From a bacterium (lineage in GTDB: Bacteria > Electryoneota > Electryoneia > Electryoneales > Electryoneaceae): DNA of 64,000 nt. Location of the stretch: NCBI GenBank assembly GCA_963675295.2, contig CAXXKJ010000002.1, forward strand, positions 4,224,001 through 4,288,000, given 5' to 3'. Every line of letters begins with the position of its first letter. Position 1 is the first letter of the stretch. A model generated the notes under the pieces. It was not told the origin of the DNA. It saw nothing but the letters and a program-made list of their open reading frames with translations, and searched no databases. The position numbers and the translations under genes are program-made. Below are positions 49,473-58,761 of the stretch, piece after piece.

Positions 49473-50276
49473 CTAGCGTTGCTTCTCCCACTCCCGCAGT
49501 TTCCGGCTCGCTTCCTCGAGACGTTTCTTGTCGGCAGCCGACAGCGCGTCCAGCCCTTCCTTGTTGATCTTGTCGAGCAGGTCGTCCACTTCCTTCTGCA
49601 GCTTGCGGACTTCATCCTCCTGCCGGTAGACCACTTTGAGGTGCTGTTTGCGTGCCTGTTCGCCGCGGTAGTTGCGCATCTTCATTCGCCATTTCGGCCA
49701 CTGCAGGTAGACGAAGCCGAAGAGCATGCCGCCGAGGTGGGCGAAGTGCGCGACCGGGCTTGCGGGATTGAAGCCGCTGATGAACTCGATCACCACCAGG
49801 CCGATGACGAAGTACTTCGCCTTGACCGGGAACAGGAAATACAGGTAGATCGGCTGATTCGGAAAGAGGACACCGAACGCCAGTAAAAGGCCGTAAATCG
49901 CCCCGGAGGCACCGACAATCGGGATGGGGCTGCCGGGTGTGATCACGGCGTTCAGCAGACCGGCCCCGATTCCGCAGATGAAGTAGTATTTCAGAAAACG
50001 GCTTGGTCCCCAGATGGTTTCCAGCGTCCTCCCGAACATCCACAGCACGAACATGTTGAAGAAGATGTGGAAAAAGCCGCCGTGCAGGAACATGTACGAC
50101 ACCGGCTGCCAGATATAGCCGCTCCAGAACAGGGCGGGGATCAGGCCGAAGTAGTACGTGATCACCCGGTCAAACACTTGCTGCAAGAGGAACACGGCCA
50201 CGTTGATGATCAGCAGCAGGCGAACCGTATTTGGAATCATCGATGTGCTGTATGTGCCGAAGCTTCGGGGTGCCAT
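49473..50276 (-). CDS. Rhomboid intramembrane serine protease with C-terminal soluble helical extension
   Basis: YMFLH, H..FNM, GASG catalytic Ser, AH.AHLGG, C-terminal VD.LLDKI...G...L. Confidence 0.93.
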   Translation of the reverse strand: MAPRSFGTYSTSMIPNTVRLLLIINVAVFLLQQVFDRVITYYFGLIPALFWSGYIWQPVSYMFLHGGFFHIFFNMFVLWMFGRTLETIWGPSRFLKYYFICGIGAGLLNAVITPGSPIPIVGASGAIYGLLLAFGVLFPNQPIYLYFLFPVKAKYFVIGLVVIEFISGFNPASPVAHFAHLGGMLFGFVYLQWPKWRMKMRNYRGEQARKQHLKVVYRQEDEVRKLQKEVDDLLDKINKEGLDALSAADKKRLEEASRKLREWEKQR

Positions 50277-50762
50277 ATGGCTTGCTTTCCCAGCTTGATG
50301 TATGTATCAGGTTCGACTCGTATCAGCCGGACCTGGTTACTGCCGCCGAAAGATACGTTGAACGCAAGACGAAACGCGCGTGCAATGGAGCGAGCGGACG
50401 TATGTCGAGCTCGCCGAAACACGAAAAAAGATGTTTTCGATTGTGAGTATGCTTCCACCGGTCGGCAAGGAATTTTTAACCCCCGGAAAATGTAGACTAC
50501 TCCCGGAGACAGGTGCGTCGATTTCAACCTGCTGAACCCCCGCTAAACCCGCACAATCTCGGTGTTTTTTGGACTAGCTTGCTCAGTGAAGATAATTGCC
50601 GTGGTTGGGTCTCATCCATTGTGTCACTCTCCGGTATCCTGTATACTACCCGCGGAACTGCTTGTTTCATGGGGCGGACCCTGAATTTTGCCTTCCAAAC
50701 TGACCACTCCGCCGCCCTACGCTCGCTCGTGAGCCTATTGACCAATCCTGGGGTTCAACCGC

Positions 50763-52265
50763 ATGCGTGTACTCTCATTCACGCTGCTGCTATCACTGAT
50801 TCTGACTCTGCCACTGTTTGCGAGCAACAGTGTTTCGGGAACGTGGACGGTCGATGACAGCCCTGTTGTCATCGAAGAAGATTCGTACGTCCCCGTGGGT
50901 GATCAGTTAACCGTCGAGGCCGGCGTCCTGGTGTGGTTCATGGAAGGCACGCGACTCGAGGTTTATGGACAGATTGAAGTTATCGGTGAACCCAAGAATC
51001 CGGTTGTCTTTACGGGCTATGAAGACGGTACGGTCTGGGATGGGCTGTTCCTCTACGGCACGGACGAAGGCCTGCCTAACTCGTTCACTTATGCCCACAT
51101 TTTAAACTGTGTGTACGGTCTGTCGGTGGATGCCGGCATCGCGTACCTCGACCAGGTCACGGTCAAGGCTGACTATTACGGCATGTTGATGATGCACAAC
51201 GCGTATGCTCGCGTTACGGACAGCATCATGAACGTGACCACCACCAATCCTGACGCAATTACCGTCTTTGCGCTCGAGTCGCAGTTCGATGCTCTTCGGT
51301 CAACGTTCGAACTGAATATCCAACAGACGACAAGCAATCCACCAACAGCGGCAATAAAACTGCGGTTGGCACAGGAAACAACGATTGATTCCTGCCATGT
51401 TCGAGCCACCAGCCGTTCAGGCGCGCACGGTATAAATCTCTTGGCGTGCTATGATAACGTTGATATCCAGCACTCTTCAATCCACGTAGTTCATAGTGGC
51501 GGTTTGGCAGAACAGAGTTGCGCTGCGATCTTTGCCAGTGATTCGGATCTTTATGTACTGGATCACATGAGCATTCATCTCGAAGCGGATGCCGGTTCGA
51601 TCTACGGGATTTATGCAAAGTTCTCTTCTCGCATCAATTTAATCAACTCAATAATTTCCGCCACGAACGTTGTTTCTGGAACGCAACGCTACGCATCCTA
51701 CATTGATCCAAATGGTTTCCACGGATCCGTGAACTTCTCCTACTCTCTGGTCCATCAGGTTACGCTGCATAACGAAACCGAGTACTTTACATACGATGAA
51801 TTTTCCTTGCTGACTGACCAGGACCCGCTTTGGGTCGATGCTGATCAGGAAGATTACCACCTGCGAGCGGAATCGCCCTGCATCGACGCCGGTTCGCCAG
51901 CAACGGAACCGGATCCGGACGACACGGTCGCAGACCTTGGCCGCAACTTCTTTTATATTGTCGACGTAGTCGAACCGTCCACGCCGGTGGTTCGCGAGTT
52001 TACACTGGGTTCAGCCTACCCGAATCCGTTCAACGCCAGCACGCGGTTCAGCGTTGAGTTGGCGGTAACTTCGCAGCTTGACGTGCGTGTGCAAAATGTG
52101 CTCGGTCAGACGGTAGCGACCCTGGCCGATGGTAGCTACCACGCAGGCCGTCATGAGTTCACCTGGCAAACGGCACAAAGCGGAAATCTCGCGTCCGGGA
52201 TTTATCTGCTCCATGTCAGAGCAAATGGCAACGTCCAGACACAGCGTCTGGTGCTGCTGAAGTAA
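50763..52265 (+). CDS. Secreted parallel beta-helix protein with T9SS CTD
   Basis: VSGTWT...SP, DP.W.D...DYHL...SPCIDAG.P...DPD...D.G, PNPFN...RLVLLK. Confidence 0.82.
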   Translation: MRVLSFTLLLSLILTLPLFASNSVSGTWTVDDSPVVIEEDSYVPVGDQLTVEAGVLVWFMEGTRLEVYGQIEVIGEPKNPVVFTGYEDGTVWDGLFLYGTDEGLPNSFTYAHILNCVYGLSVDAGIAYLDQVTVKADYYGMLMMHNAYARVTDSIMNVTTTNPDAITVFALESQFDALRSTFELNIQQTTSNPPTAAIKLRLAQETTIDSCHVRATSRSGAHGINLLACYDNVDIQHSSIHVVHSGGLAEQSCAAIFASDSDLYVLDHMSIHLEADAGSIYGIYAKFSSRINLINSIISATNVVSGTQRYASYIDPNGFHGSVNFSYSLVHQVTLHNETEYFTYDEFSLLTDQDPLWVDADQEDYHLRAESPCIDAGSPATEPDPDDTVADLGRNFFYIVDVVEPSTPVVREFTLGSAYPNPFNASTRFSVELAVTSQLDVRVQNVLGQTVATLADGSYHAGRHEFTWQTAQSGNLASGIYLLHVRANGNVQTQRLVLLK

Positions 52266-52290
52266 TCGAGTTTCGTATATCATGCCTTGA

Positions 52291-52319
52291 AAATCCAACT
52301 CCGCTGAGGGGTTGGATTT
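52291..52319 (+). terminator. Intrinsic terminator-like hairpin
   Basis: aaatccaactcc-gctga-ggggttggattt. Confidence 0.65.
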
Positions 52320-52466
52320 CTTGCATTATGCACACTCCCCCCACACGGTAGTCCGGTTGCGGATACCGGGCTGCATAAATTGCGCTGCTCATGAGTGATT
52401 CGCTACCTTAGCTAGTTACGGGTGAAGACTGCTTGACGGGACACTCTTGGAATGGAGGGTATCAGG

Positions 52467-53537
52467 ATGAAACGAGCACGCCATATCTCCAGCCTTTTGG
52501 TTGCACGAAGTCCTAAGGTTCTCGCGGTTGCCACGGTAGTCGTATTTCTGGTTTCAACAGGCTGCTTGATGGAACCCGACCGGAACAATCCGTCCGACCC
52601 CAGTAGTCCAGAGTACAACGACGATGGCATGATTCGCTTCGCGGTGTATGACCGCGACAATGACGCGCTCGAGAACGCCATCGTGCGTCTGCTGGGATAT
52701 GATGACGCTCAGTTCACCGATGAAAACGGCATTGCGATGTTTGAGGTACCCGGTGATACGGTCTATTACACGGTGGAACGAGCGGGTTACGTCCCCAAGT
52801 CCAACCAGGTTTTTGTCCAGGCACGGACCACAACCACCGAGGTAATTCGGTTGAACGGCGAACCGTTTATTGATTCTGTCCGTGTGAATACGACGATGAG
52901 GGAAGATGTCCCTGGTACGTTTCAGTATGGCTACCAATGCAGAGTGTATGTGGGTGACAACGATTCAATCGAAGACCTGACGGAGCTTCGGTTTTACCCG
53001 CCGGGAGCAAATTCGCCAGAATCTGTGATCGCTGAGCCGGAAATCTTTATCGATGAAGTTGTCAGCGATACCAGCAAGGATCTGATCAACCTGATCGGCC
53101 AGGAGTTTCGTTTCGTGCTGTACGATGAGGAATCCGATACCGCGGAAGTTCGGGAAACTCTGAGCACTCACCTGTTTTACAAGTGGCTTTCTCAGGACAT
53201 GTTGCCGATCGGCCCGCATGAGTATGAAATCGGCAACATGGAATTTACCTGGGCGAACAACACCTCGCCCCGGCATTTGCTCTATGCTCCGAACAAGTAC
53301 CGTTTGCAGATCTTCAGACGTCAACAGGATACCGAGTCGTTTATCGACACGACCGTGGTGTTTGACTTCAGCTACGCCCAGAGCACCCCGGAGTTCACGA
53401 TACTGATTACTCAGGAGGAAGGGTTTACGGATGGGCAAACTCACTGGTGGCAATTGACGATGTATGACCTTTCCGGAAATCTGGTTCGCAGCCCACGTTT
53501 GGAGTTTATCCCAAGCCCGGACATCATTGGCGACTGA
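52467..53537 (+). CDS. Lipoprotein with carboxypeptidase-regulatory-like domain
   Basis: STGC lipobox, R.NP.DP.SP, TD.NG...F; start after ggagg RBS. Confidence 0.75.
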   Translation: MKRARHISSLLVARSPKVLAVATVVVFLVSTGCLMEPDRNNPSDPSSPEYNDDGMIRFAVYDRDNDALENAIVRLLGYDDAQFTDENGIAMFEVPGDTVYYTVERAGYVPKSNQVFVQARTTTTEVIRLNGEPFIDSVRVNTTMREDVPGTFQYGYQCRVYVGDNDSIEDLTELRFYPPGANSPESVIAEPEIFIDEVVSDTSKDLINLIGQEFRFVLYDEESDTAEVRETLSTHLFYKWLSQDMLPIGPHEYEIGNMEFTWANNTSPRHLLYAPNKYRLQIFRRQQDTESFIDTTVVFDFSYAQSTPEFTILITQEEGFTDGQTHWWQLTMYDLSGNLVRSPRLEFIPSPDIIGD

Positions 53538-53543
53538 GGAACG

Positions 53544-55088
53544 ATGAACAACAAGTCAGGCAAGGAATTTGAGAACGGTCCGGCGATGGATCAGAGCGAT
53601 CTGGCCCCCGGTCCGATGGACAACCCCAACACTCTTGAAGCGCTGCTGCGCATCAGCCAGGTGCTGAGCACGATTCTCGAGGGCCCGGCGCTGTTGCGCA
53701 AGGTGCTCGAGATGGCGATGGAAACAGTGCACGCGCAACGTGGGTTCGTCGTCGTCACCGGCGAGGATGGGGACGAATGGTCGATCCGCGCATCTGCAAA
53801 CTTGAGTGACGAGGAAGCGGGCCGGATCGCGCAGCCCTCCGCGAAGATCCTCAAGCGGGTTCAGGCGGAACGGGTGCCGTTGCTGGTTCATGACGCCCAG
53901 ACCGACCCACGTTTCGAGGGCTCGGAATCGGTGATCATGCAGCAGATCACCGCCGCAATCGCGGTGCCGATGATGGTTCGTGACGAACTGATCGGTATCA
54001 TCTACGTCGACAGCCGCCAGAACCGCTCGCGTTTCACCGAGGAAAACCTCGACTTCTTTCGTGTGTTCGCTGTCCAGGCGGGCTTGGCGTACGTTAACGC
54101 CGCCCGCTTCGACCGCTTGCAGGAAGACAAGTTGCGGTTGCAGACCGAGATGCAGAAGATGTACGGCTTCCCGTCCATCATCGGTGTGCACCCGAAGATG
54201 CAGCAGGTTTTCACCCTGATGCGGAAGATCTTAAACTCCGACATTTCAGTGTTGCTGCTCGGTGAGAGTGGTACCGGTAAGGAACTTGTCGCCCAGGCGC
54301 TCCATTACAACGGCCCCCGGCGTGAGAAACCGTTCATCGCGCAGTTCTGCGGCAACTTGAGCGAGAACCTGCTCGAGTCGGAGTTGTTCGGCCACAAGCG
54401 TGGCGCATTCACCGGCGCGCTGCACGATAAGCGCGGGTTGATGGAAGTCGCGGACGGCGGCACCTTCTTCCTCGATGAAATCGCCGACATCAGTCCGACC
54501 ATTCAGACCAAGCTGTTGCGTGTCGTGCAGGACGGTGTCATCCGCCGAGTCGGTGGCACCGACAGCCACAGCGTCGACCTGCGTTTGTTGTCCGCGACAA
54601 ACAAAGACCTGAAGGATGAGGTCGACGAGAAGCGGTTCCGTGAAGACCTGTACTATCGCCTCAACGTCATCACGATCCAGATTCCACCGTTGCGCGAACG
54701 CGGGGATGATGTCCAGTTGCTGTCGGATTATTTCCTTAAACGCGCTTCGGAACGCTCCGGAATGACGAAGAAGATCGTCAGCCGTGAAGCGGTCGAGATG
54801 ATGAAGGCATATGAGTGGCCCGGCAACGTGCGTGAGCTTGAGAATGCAGTGCAGCGCGCGGTTGTTTTAGCCGGCGAGCGCGAAGAAATTCTTCCGGACG
54901 ACCTGCTGATCACGATGGACGGCGACGAGCTTCCGCGCGAGAAGACGTTGCGTGAACACGAACGCGACATCGTGATGAGCACACTCGAGAAGTATGAGGA
55001 GAACAAAACCCGCACCGCCGACGCGCTGGGCGTCAGCCTTCGGTGGCTGCATTACCGGTTAAAAGAGTGGCAGAGCTCGAACGAATAG
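53544..55088 (+). CDS. GAF-domain sigma54-dependent Fis-family transcriptional activator
   Basis: GAF (AVPM...IG.IYVD), GESGTGKE, ESELFGH..GAFTGA, FLDEI, FREDLYYRL, WPGNVRELEN, HTH. Confidence 0.95.
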   Translation: MNNKSGKEFENGPAMDQSDLAPGPMDNPNTLEALLRISQVLSTILEGPALLRKVLEMAMETVHAQRGFVVVTGEDGDEWSIRASANLSDEEAGRIAQPSAKILKRVQAERVPLLVHDAQTDPRFEGSESVIMQQITAAIAVPMMVRDELIGIIYVDSRQNRSRFTEENLDFFRVFAVQAGLAYVNAARFDRLQEDKLRLQTEMQKMYGFPSIIGVHPKMQQVFTLMRKILNSDISVLLLGESGTGKELVAQALHYNGPRREKPFIAQFCGNLSENLLESELFGHKRGAFTGALHDKRGLMEVADGGTFFLDEIADISPTIQTKLLRVVQDGVIRRVGGTDSHSVDLRLLSATNKDLKDEVDEKRFREDLYYRLNVITIQIPPLRERGDDVQLLSDYFLKRASERSGMTKKIVSREAVEMMKAYEWPGNVRELENAVQRAVVLAGEREEILPDDLLITMDGDELPREKTLREHERDIVMSTLEKYEENKTRTADALGVSLRWLHYRLKEWQSSNE

Positions 55089-56878
55089 TCGGCTATCGCG
55101 TCGACCGTGAGATTTCCCGCTCGTCCATCGCCTCTGTTTACCAGGGATATCAGGAATCCCTGCAACGCAAGGTGCTGATCAAGCGTTTGCACCCCCAGTT
55201 CGTCGGAGATCCGGAAATCCGGGCCCGATTTGAACGGGAGGCGCACGCACTCGCCCGGATCAAGCACAAAAACATTGTTCACATTTACGATTACCGCGCC
55301 GACGATGAGCTGATGGTGCTGGTCCAGGAATGGATCGGCGGCGGCTCGGTCGCGGAGTTGATGCGCAACAACGGCCCACTCGAGGAACGGGAAGCCATCG
55401 CGCTGGCGATGGATGTCCTTGAAGGTTTGGAAATCGCGCACGAAGCCGGTGTCATCCACCGTGACATCAAGCCGTCCAACCTGATGCTTTCGCACACCGG
55501 TTCAATCAAGATCACCGACTTCGGCCTCGCCCACTTTGAAGGTTCGCCCACGCTCACCCAGCAGGGCGCGATCATGGGTACGCCGGCGTATATGGCGCCT
55601 GAGATGGTCAACGGCCAGCCCGGCAGTGCCAGCTGCGACCTCTACAGCTTCGGTGTCACCCTCTACGAAGTGCTCACCGGCGAGAATCCGTTCCAGGCGG
55701 AACACATTTCGCAAACCTTGCAGCGCGTGCTCAGCGTCAAGCCAGTGAAGCTGGAAGGGGTGCACGACGAAACCAACCGCATCCTGCTGTCGTTGATGGC
55801 GAAGGACCCGAACCAGCGGCCGAAAAGCGCGTCCGAGGTGCTCGCGCAATTGCGTCCGCTCGCGCGTGACCTCGGGTCAGAAGAGGGCTGGGAAACCGTT
55901 GAGATCCCGGTTCCGGACGCGTCCACGAACGGTGACGGATCGGTCGTGCCGTTGCGTTCCCCGGAGACGCACACCATTCGCCCGGTCAAGCGCGCGGCCC
56001 CCTCCAAGCGGCTGGTGATTGCCGCGTGGGCATTGATGGTGCTGGTCACCGCCGCCGTGATCACGTTTACCATGACCAGCTGGTTCGCGGGTGAGGAGGC
56101 GGGTGACGTTCCGCCCGTCGACACAACCCTCGCCCTGCTCGACACCGATCCCGGCTTTGACGAAGGCCTCGAACCGGAACAACCGGGCGGCGTCAACGAT
56201 CAGGGAAACGAGGGCGAGACGGCCGGGAATGATGGTGAGACAGGCATTTCCCCGGGCAACGAAGGTGAAACGGAACCGGACCAGCCCCCCGCCGAAACCG
56301 AGCAGCCACCAGCCAGCACTCAGCCGGGAAACCCGGCCGGCGAGGGTAAGTCATCCAATGACGGCCAATCGGACGCGGAAGGATCTGACAACGAAGCGTC
56401 ACTGCCGCTCGACCTCGAGCCACCTTCCACCGATCCGGTCTTCTTCAACGATTCCGGGTACGTCCAGATCAGCGTGCAGCCCTGGGCGCATGTGTATTAC
56501 AACGATCGTCTGATCGGGACCACGCCGCTGACCGGCGCGGTCAAGCTGCCGTCCGGCCGTGCGCAGCTGGCGTTGGTCAATCCGCAGTTCCCGCGTGTAA
56601 CACGTGACTTCCGTGTTCCCACCACAGGCGACACTGCGAGTTATTCCGTCGATCTGTACGGCGAAGTGGGTGTCATCGAATTCATCAACGCGACCCCGTG
56701 GGCCGAGATCATCCTCGACGGCGAATACATCGGGGATACGCCGCTCGGCCGTCCGATTCTGCTGCTGCCGGGCGATCATGTCCTGGTCTTCCACCATCCG
56801 GACCTGAAAGACGAGGAACAGCGTTTCTCGATCGGTGCCGGCGAACGTCTCAGCTTCCGCGCCAACCTCTACGATTGA
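55043..56878 (+). CDS. Membrane Ser/Thr protein kinase with extracytoplasmic PEGA-like domains
   Basis: VLIK, RFEREA, HRDIKPSN, DFG, GTPAYMAPE, TM helix, acidic linker, two PWA.(V/I)..(D/N)....G.TPL units; start may be GTG 55067. Confidence 0.92.
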   Translation: MAALPVKRVAELERIVGYRVDREISRSSIASVYQGYQESLQRKVLIKRLHPQFVGDPEIRARFEREAHALARIKHKNIVHIYDYRADDELMVLVQEWIGGGSVAELMRNNGPLEEREAIALAMDVLEGLEIAHEAGVIHRDIKPSNLMLSHTGSIKITDFGLAHFEGSPTLTQQGAIMGTPAYMAPEMVNGQPGSASCDLYSFGVTLYEVLTGENPFQAEHISQTLQRVLSVKPVKLEGVHDETNRILLSLMAKDPNQRPKSASEVLAQLRPLARDLGSEEGWETVEIPVPDASTNGDGSVVPLRSPETHTIRPVKRAAPSKRLVIAAWALMVLVTAAVITFTMTSWFAGEEAGDVPPVDTTLALLDTDPGFDEGLEPEQPGGVNDQGNEGETAGNDGETGISPGNEGETEPDQPPAETEQPPASTQPGNPAGEGKSSNDGQSDAEGSDNEASLPLDLEPPSTDPVFFNDSGYVQISVQPWAHVYYNDRLIGTTPLTGAVKLPSGRAQLALVNPQFPRVTRDFRVPTTGDTASYSVDLYGEVGVIEFINATPWAEIILDGEYIGDTPLGRPILLLPGDHVLVFHHPDLKDEEQRFSIGAGERLSFRANLYD

Positions 56879-57138
56879 TCCGTCCCACACATCCCAGCCT
56901 TGTCGAGCCTCGAAAATCCCAGAAAACATAGATAGTGTCGCAGTTTTCACAGTTTTGTTGACATATTTTAGGATCTCCTATCTCTCACATCTCCCTTCCA
57001 TGATGTGAGATCTATCTTCACCGCTTTGACGTTCTTTCCGCGGCTGCTACCTTTTGCCAAACCTGTGAAGCGCTTCTACCCGCCCACCTGCCGCGCTTGC
57101 TTCACGTTAACGAAACACCACAGTGAAAGGGGATCGCC

Positions 57139-58650
57139 ATGAGAATGGGGATGGTTGTGGTATGCTCACTCCTGATTGCGTTCGGGGCGTTCGCAAATCA
57201 GGACGACACCAGCTTGATCGGGCAGTCGCAGCTTGATCAGAACATTGTACCCGTGCCACACAAGGCTGTTGATCGCAGCATTGACGAGTTCGGCCCGTTG
57301 CATGAGCCGGAACTCATGTTCGAGTTTGGAGAGGGCCCGCAGAATCACATGTTCGGCATCGCATGGGACGGTACGTACTACTGGACAATCAACGGTGGCA
57401 ACACCAGCGGTCTGCTGAATTACTACGACGAAAACGGGTCCTTTGTCGGAACGACGAATGTCGCTATCGACGGTCGCGGCCTTGTGTTCAACCCGGTTGA
57501 TGAGCTGCTGTACATCTCCAGCTACCAGGGAAACATCTACCGCATCGACGACCCGTTCACCGGTTCCTATTCCATGGTTGGATCTGGCGTCATGCAGAAC
57601 GGTCAGGCCAGCCTTGGCATGAGCTGGGACGGCAACCTGCTGTATGACTACTCGGAGGGCGTGCTCGAGGTCCACGACTTCTGGACATATGACTTGTTGG
57701 ACGTCATTACCGGCATCAACAGCGGGACGGGCAACTACGGCGGCGGCTGCGCGGTCATCGTCGACACCGATTATTTCTACACCATCAATACCGACACCAA
57801 CACGTTGTATGTCTACACCTTGGCCGGATCGTATGTGACGGAGTACTACCTGCCGTCCGGTGACAATGGCATGTCGTTGTCCATGGCGAACTATATGGTA
57901 TTCTACAGCACCGACAGCAGCTATGACTACGGCACCTGGCATGGCTATTCGTTGCGCGACTGGACCGAAGGTCCGGTGCAGTTCAACCTGATACCGCAGA
58001 TCACCGTTGTCCCATCTGGTGGCGGCGATGTGTATTACGACGCGTCGCTGGTCAGCGAGTTGCCGGGCACCTACAACAACCTGTTCTATCGCAGCTACAT
58101 CACCCTTCCGAACGGTCAGGTGGTCGGACCGCAGGCGAACATCTCGTTTGTCCACACACCGTTCATGAACGTCTTGATCCAGGGACTGACGCAGTACGTG
58201 CCGCCGCTCGCGCCGGGCGGACAGTACAATTTCGAAGGCCGGATCTACTACATGGGGTCGGTGCGGCTTGTAGACGACTTCTACTTCACCAAGGAAGGTG
58301 CCGGCTCGGATGACTTCGTGTTCAATCCCGACGATTGGACCGCTAGCGGCTTCAGCGTGGCGGGCAACACCGAGGCGATTCCGTCCGAGTATGCGCTCAG
58401 CGAAGCCTACCCGAACCCGTTCAACCCGACCACGCAGCTCAATGTGACCTTGCCGCAAGCGGCGGAGCTGACGGTTCAGGTGTACAACCTCGCCGGGCAG
58501 CGTGTCGCAACGTTGGCAGAGGGTCAGATGTCCGCAGGCGAACACTCGCTGACGTTTGATGGCGCCCACCTGTCCAGCGGCCTGTATTTCGTGCACGCGA
58601 GCATATCGGGCCAGCTGAATCAGATCCGCAAGGTGACGTTGCTCAAGTAA
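57139..58650 (+). CDS. Secreted beta-propeller-like protein with T9SS CTD (tandem paralog A)
   Basis: Signal peptide, GIAWDG.YYW blades, PNPFNP...RKVTLLK. Confidence 0.85.
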   Translation: MRMGMVVVCSLLIAFGAFANQDDTSLIGQSQLDQNIVPVPHKAVDRSIDEFGPLHEPELMFEFGEGPQNHMFGIAWDGTYYWTINGGNTSGLLNYYDENGSFVGTTNVAIDGRGLVFNPVDELLYISSYQGNIYRIDDPFTGSYSMVGSGVMQNGQASLGMSWDGNLLYDYSEGVLEVHDFWTYDLLDVITGINSGTGNYGGGCAVIVDTDYFYTINTDTNTLYVYTLAGSYVTEYYLPSGDNGMSLSMANYMVFYSTDSSYDYGTWHGYSLRDWTEGPVQFNLIPQITVVPSGGGDVYYDASLVSELPGTYNNLFYRSYITLPNGQVVGPQANISFVHTPFMNVLIQGLTQYVPPLAPGGQYNFEGRIYYMGSVRLVDDFYFTKEGAGSDDFVFNPDDWTASGFSVAGNTEAIPSEYALSEAYPNPFNPTTQLNVTLPQAAELTVQVYNLAGQRVATLAEGQMSAGEHSLTFDGAHLSSGLYFVHASISGQLNQIRKVTLLK

Positions 58651-58675
58651 TACAAGCTTATTGCCTGTTCCGAAT

Positions 58676-58715
58676 GCATTGCCACGTGCCGAACGGTCCG
58701 TGGCAATGCCGTTTT
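58676..58715 (+). terminator. Hairpin plus T tract between tandem paralogs
   Basis: gcattgccacg...cgtggcaatgc followed by cgtttt. Confidence 0.65.
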
Positions 58716-58761
58716 CCAGCATTGACCGCTCTGCTAAAACAACCGGCAAGGGGGCCCGACC

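Noticed and set aside
49264-49491. 75-aa ORF with DAT/DAK repeats
   Set aside because: Translation of the 9-bp tandem repeat and palindrome, overlapping the rhomboid 3' end
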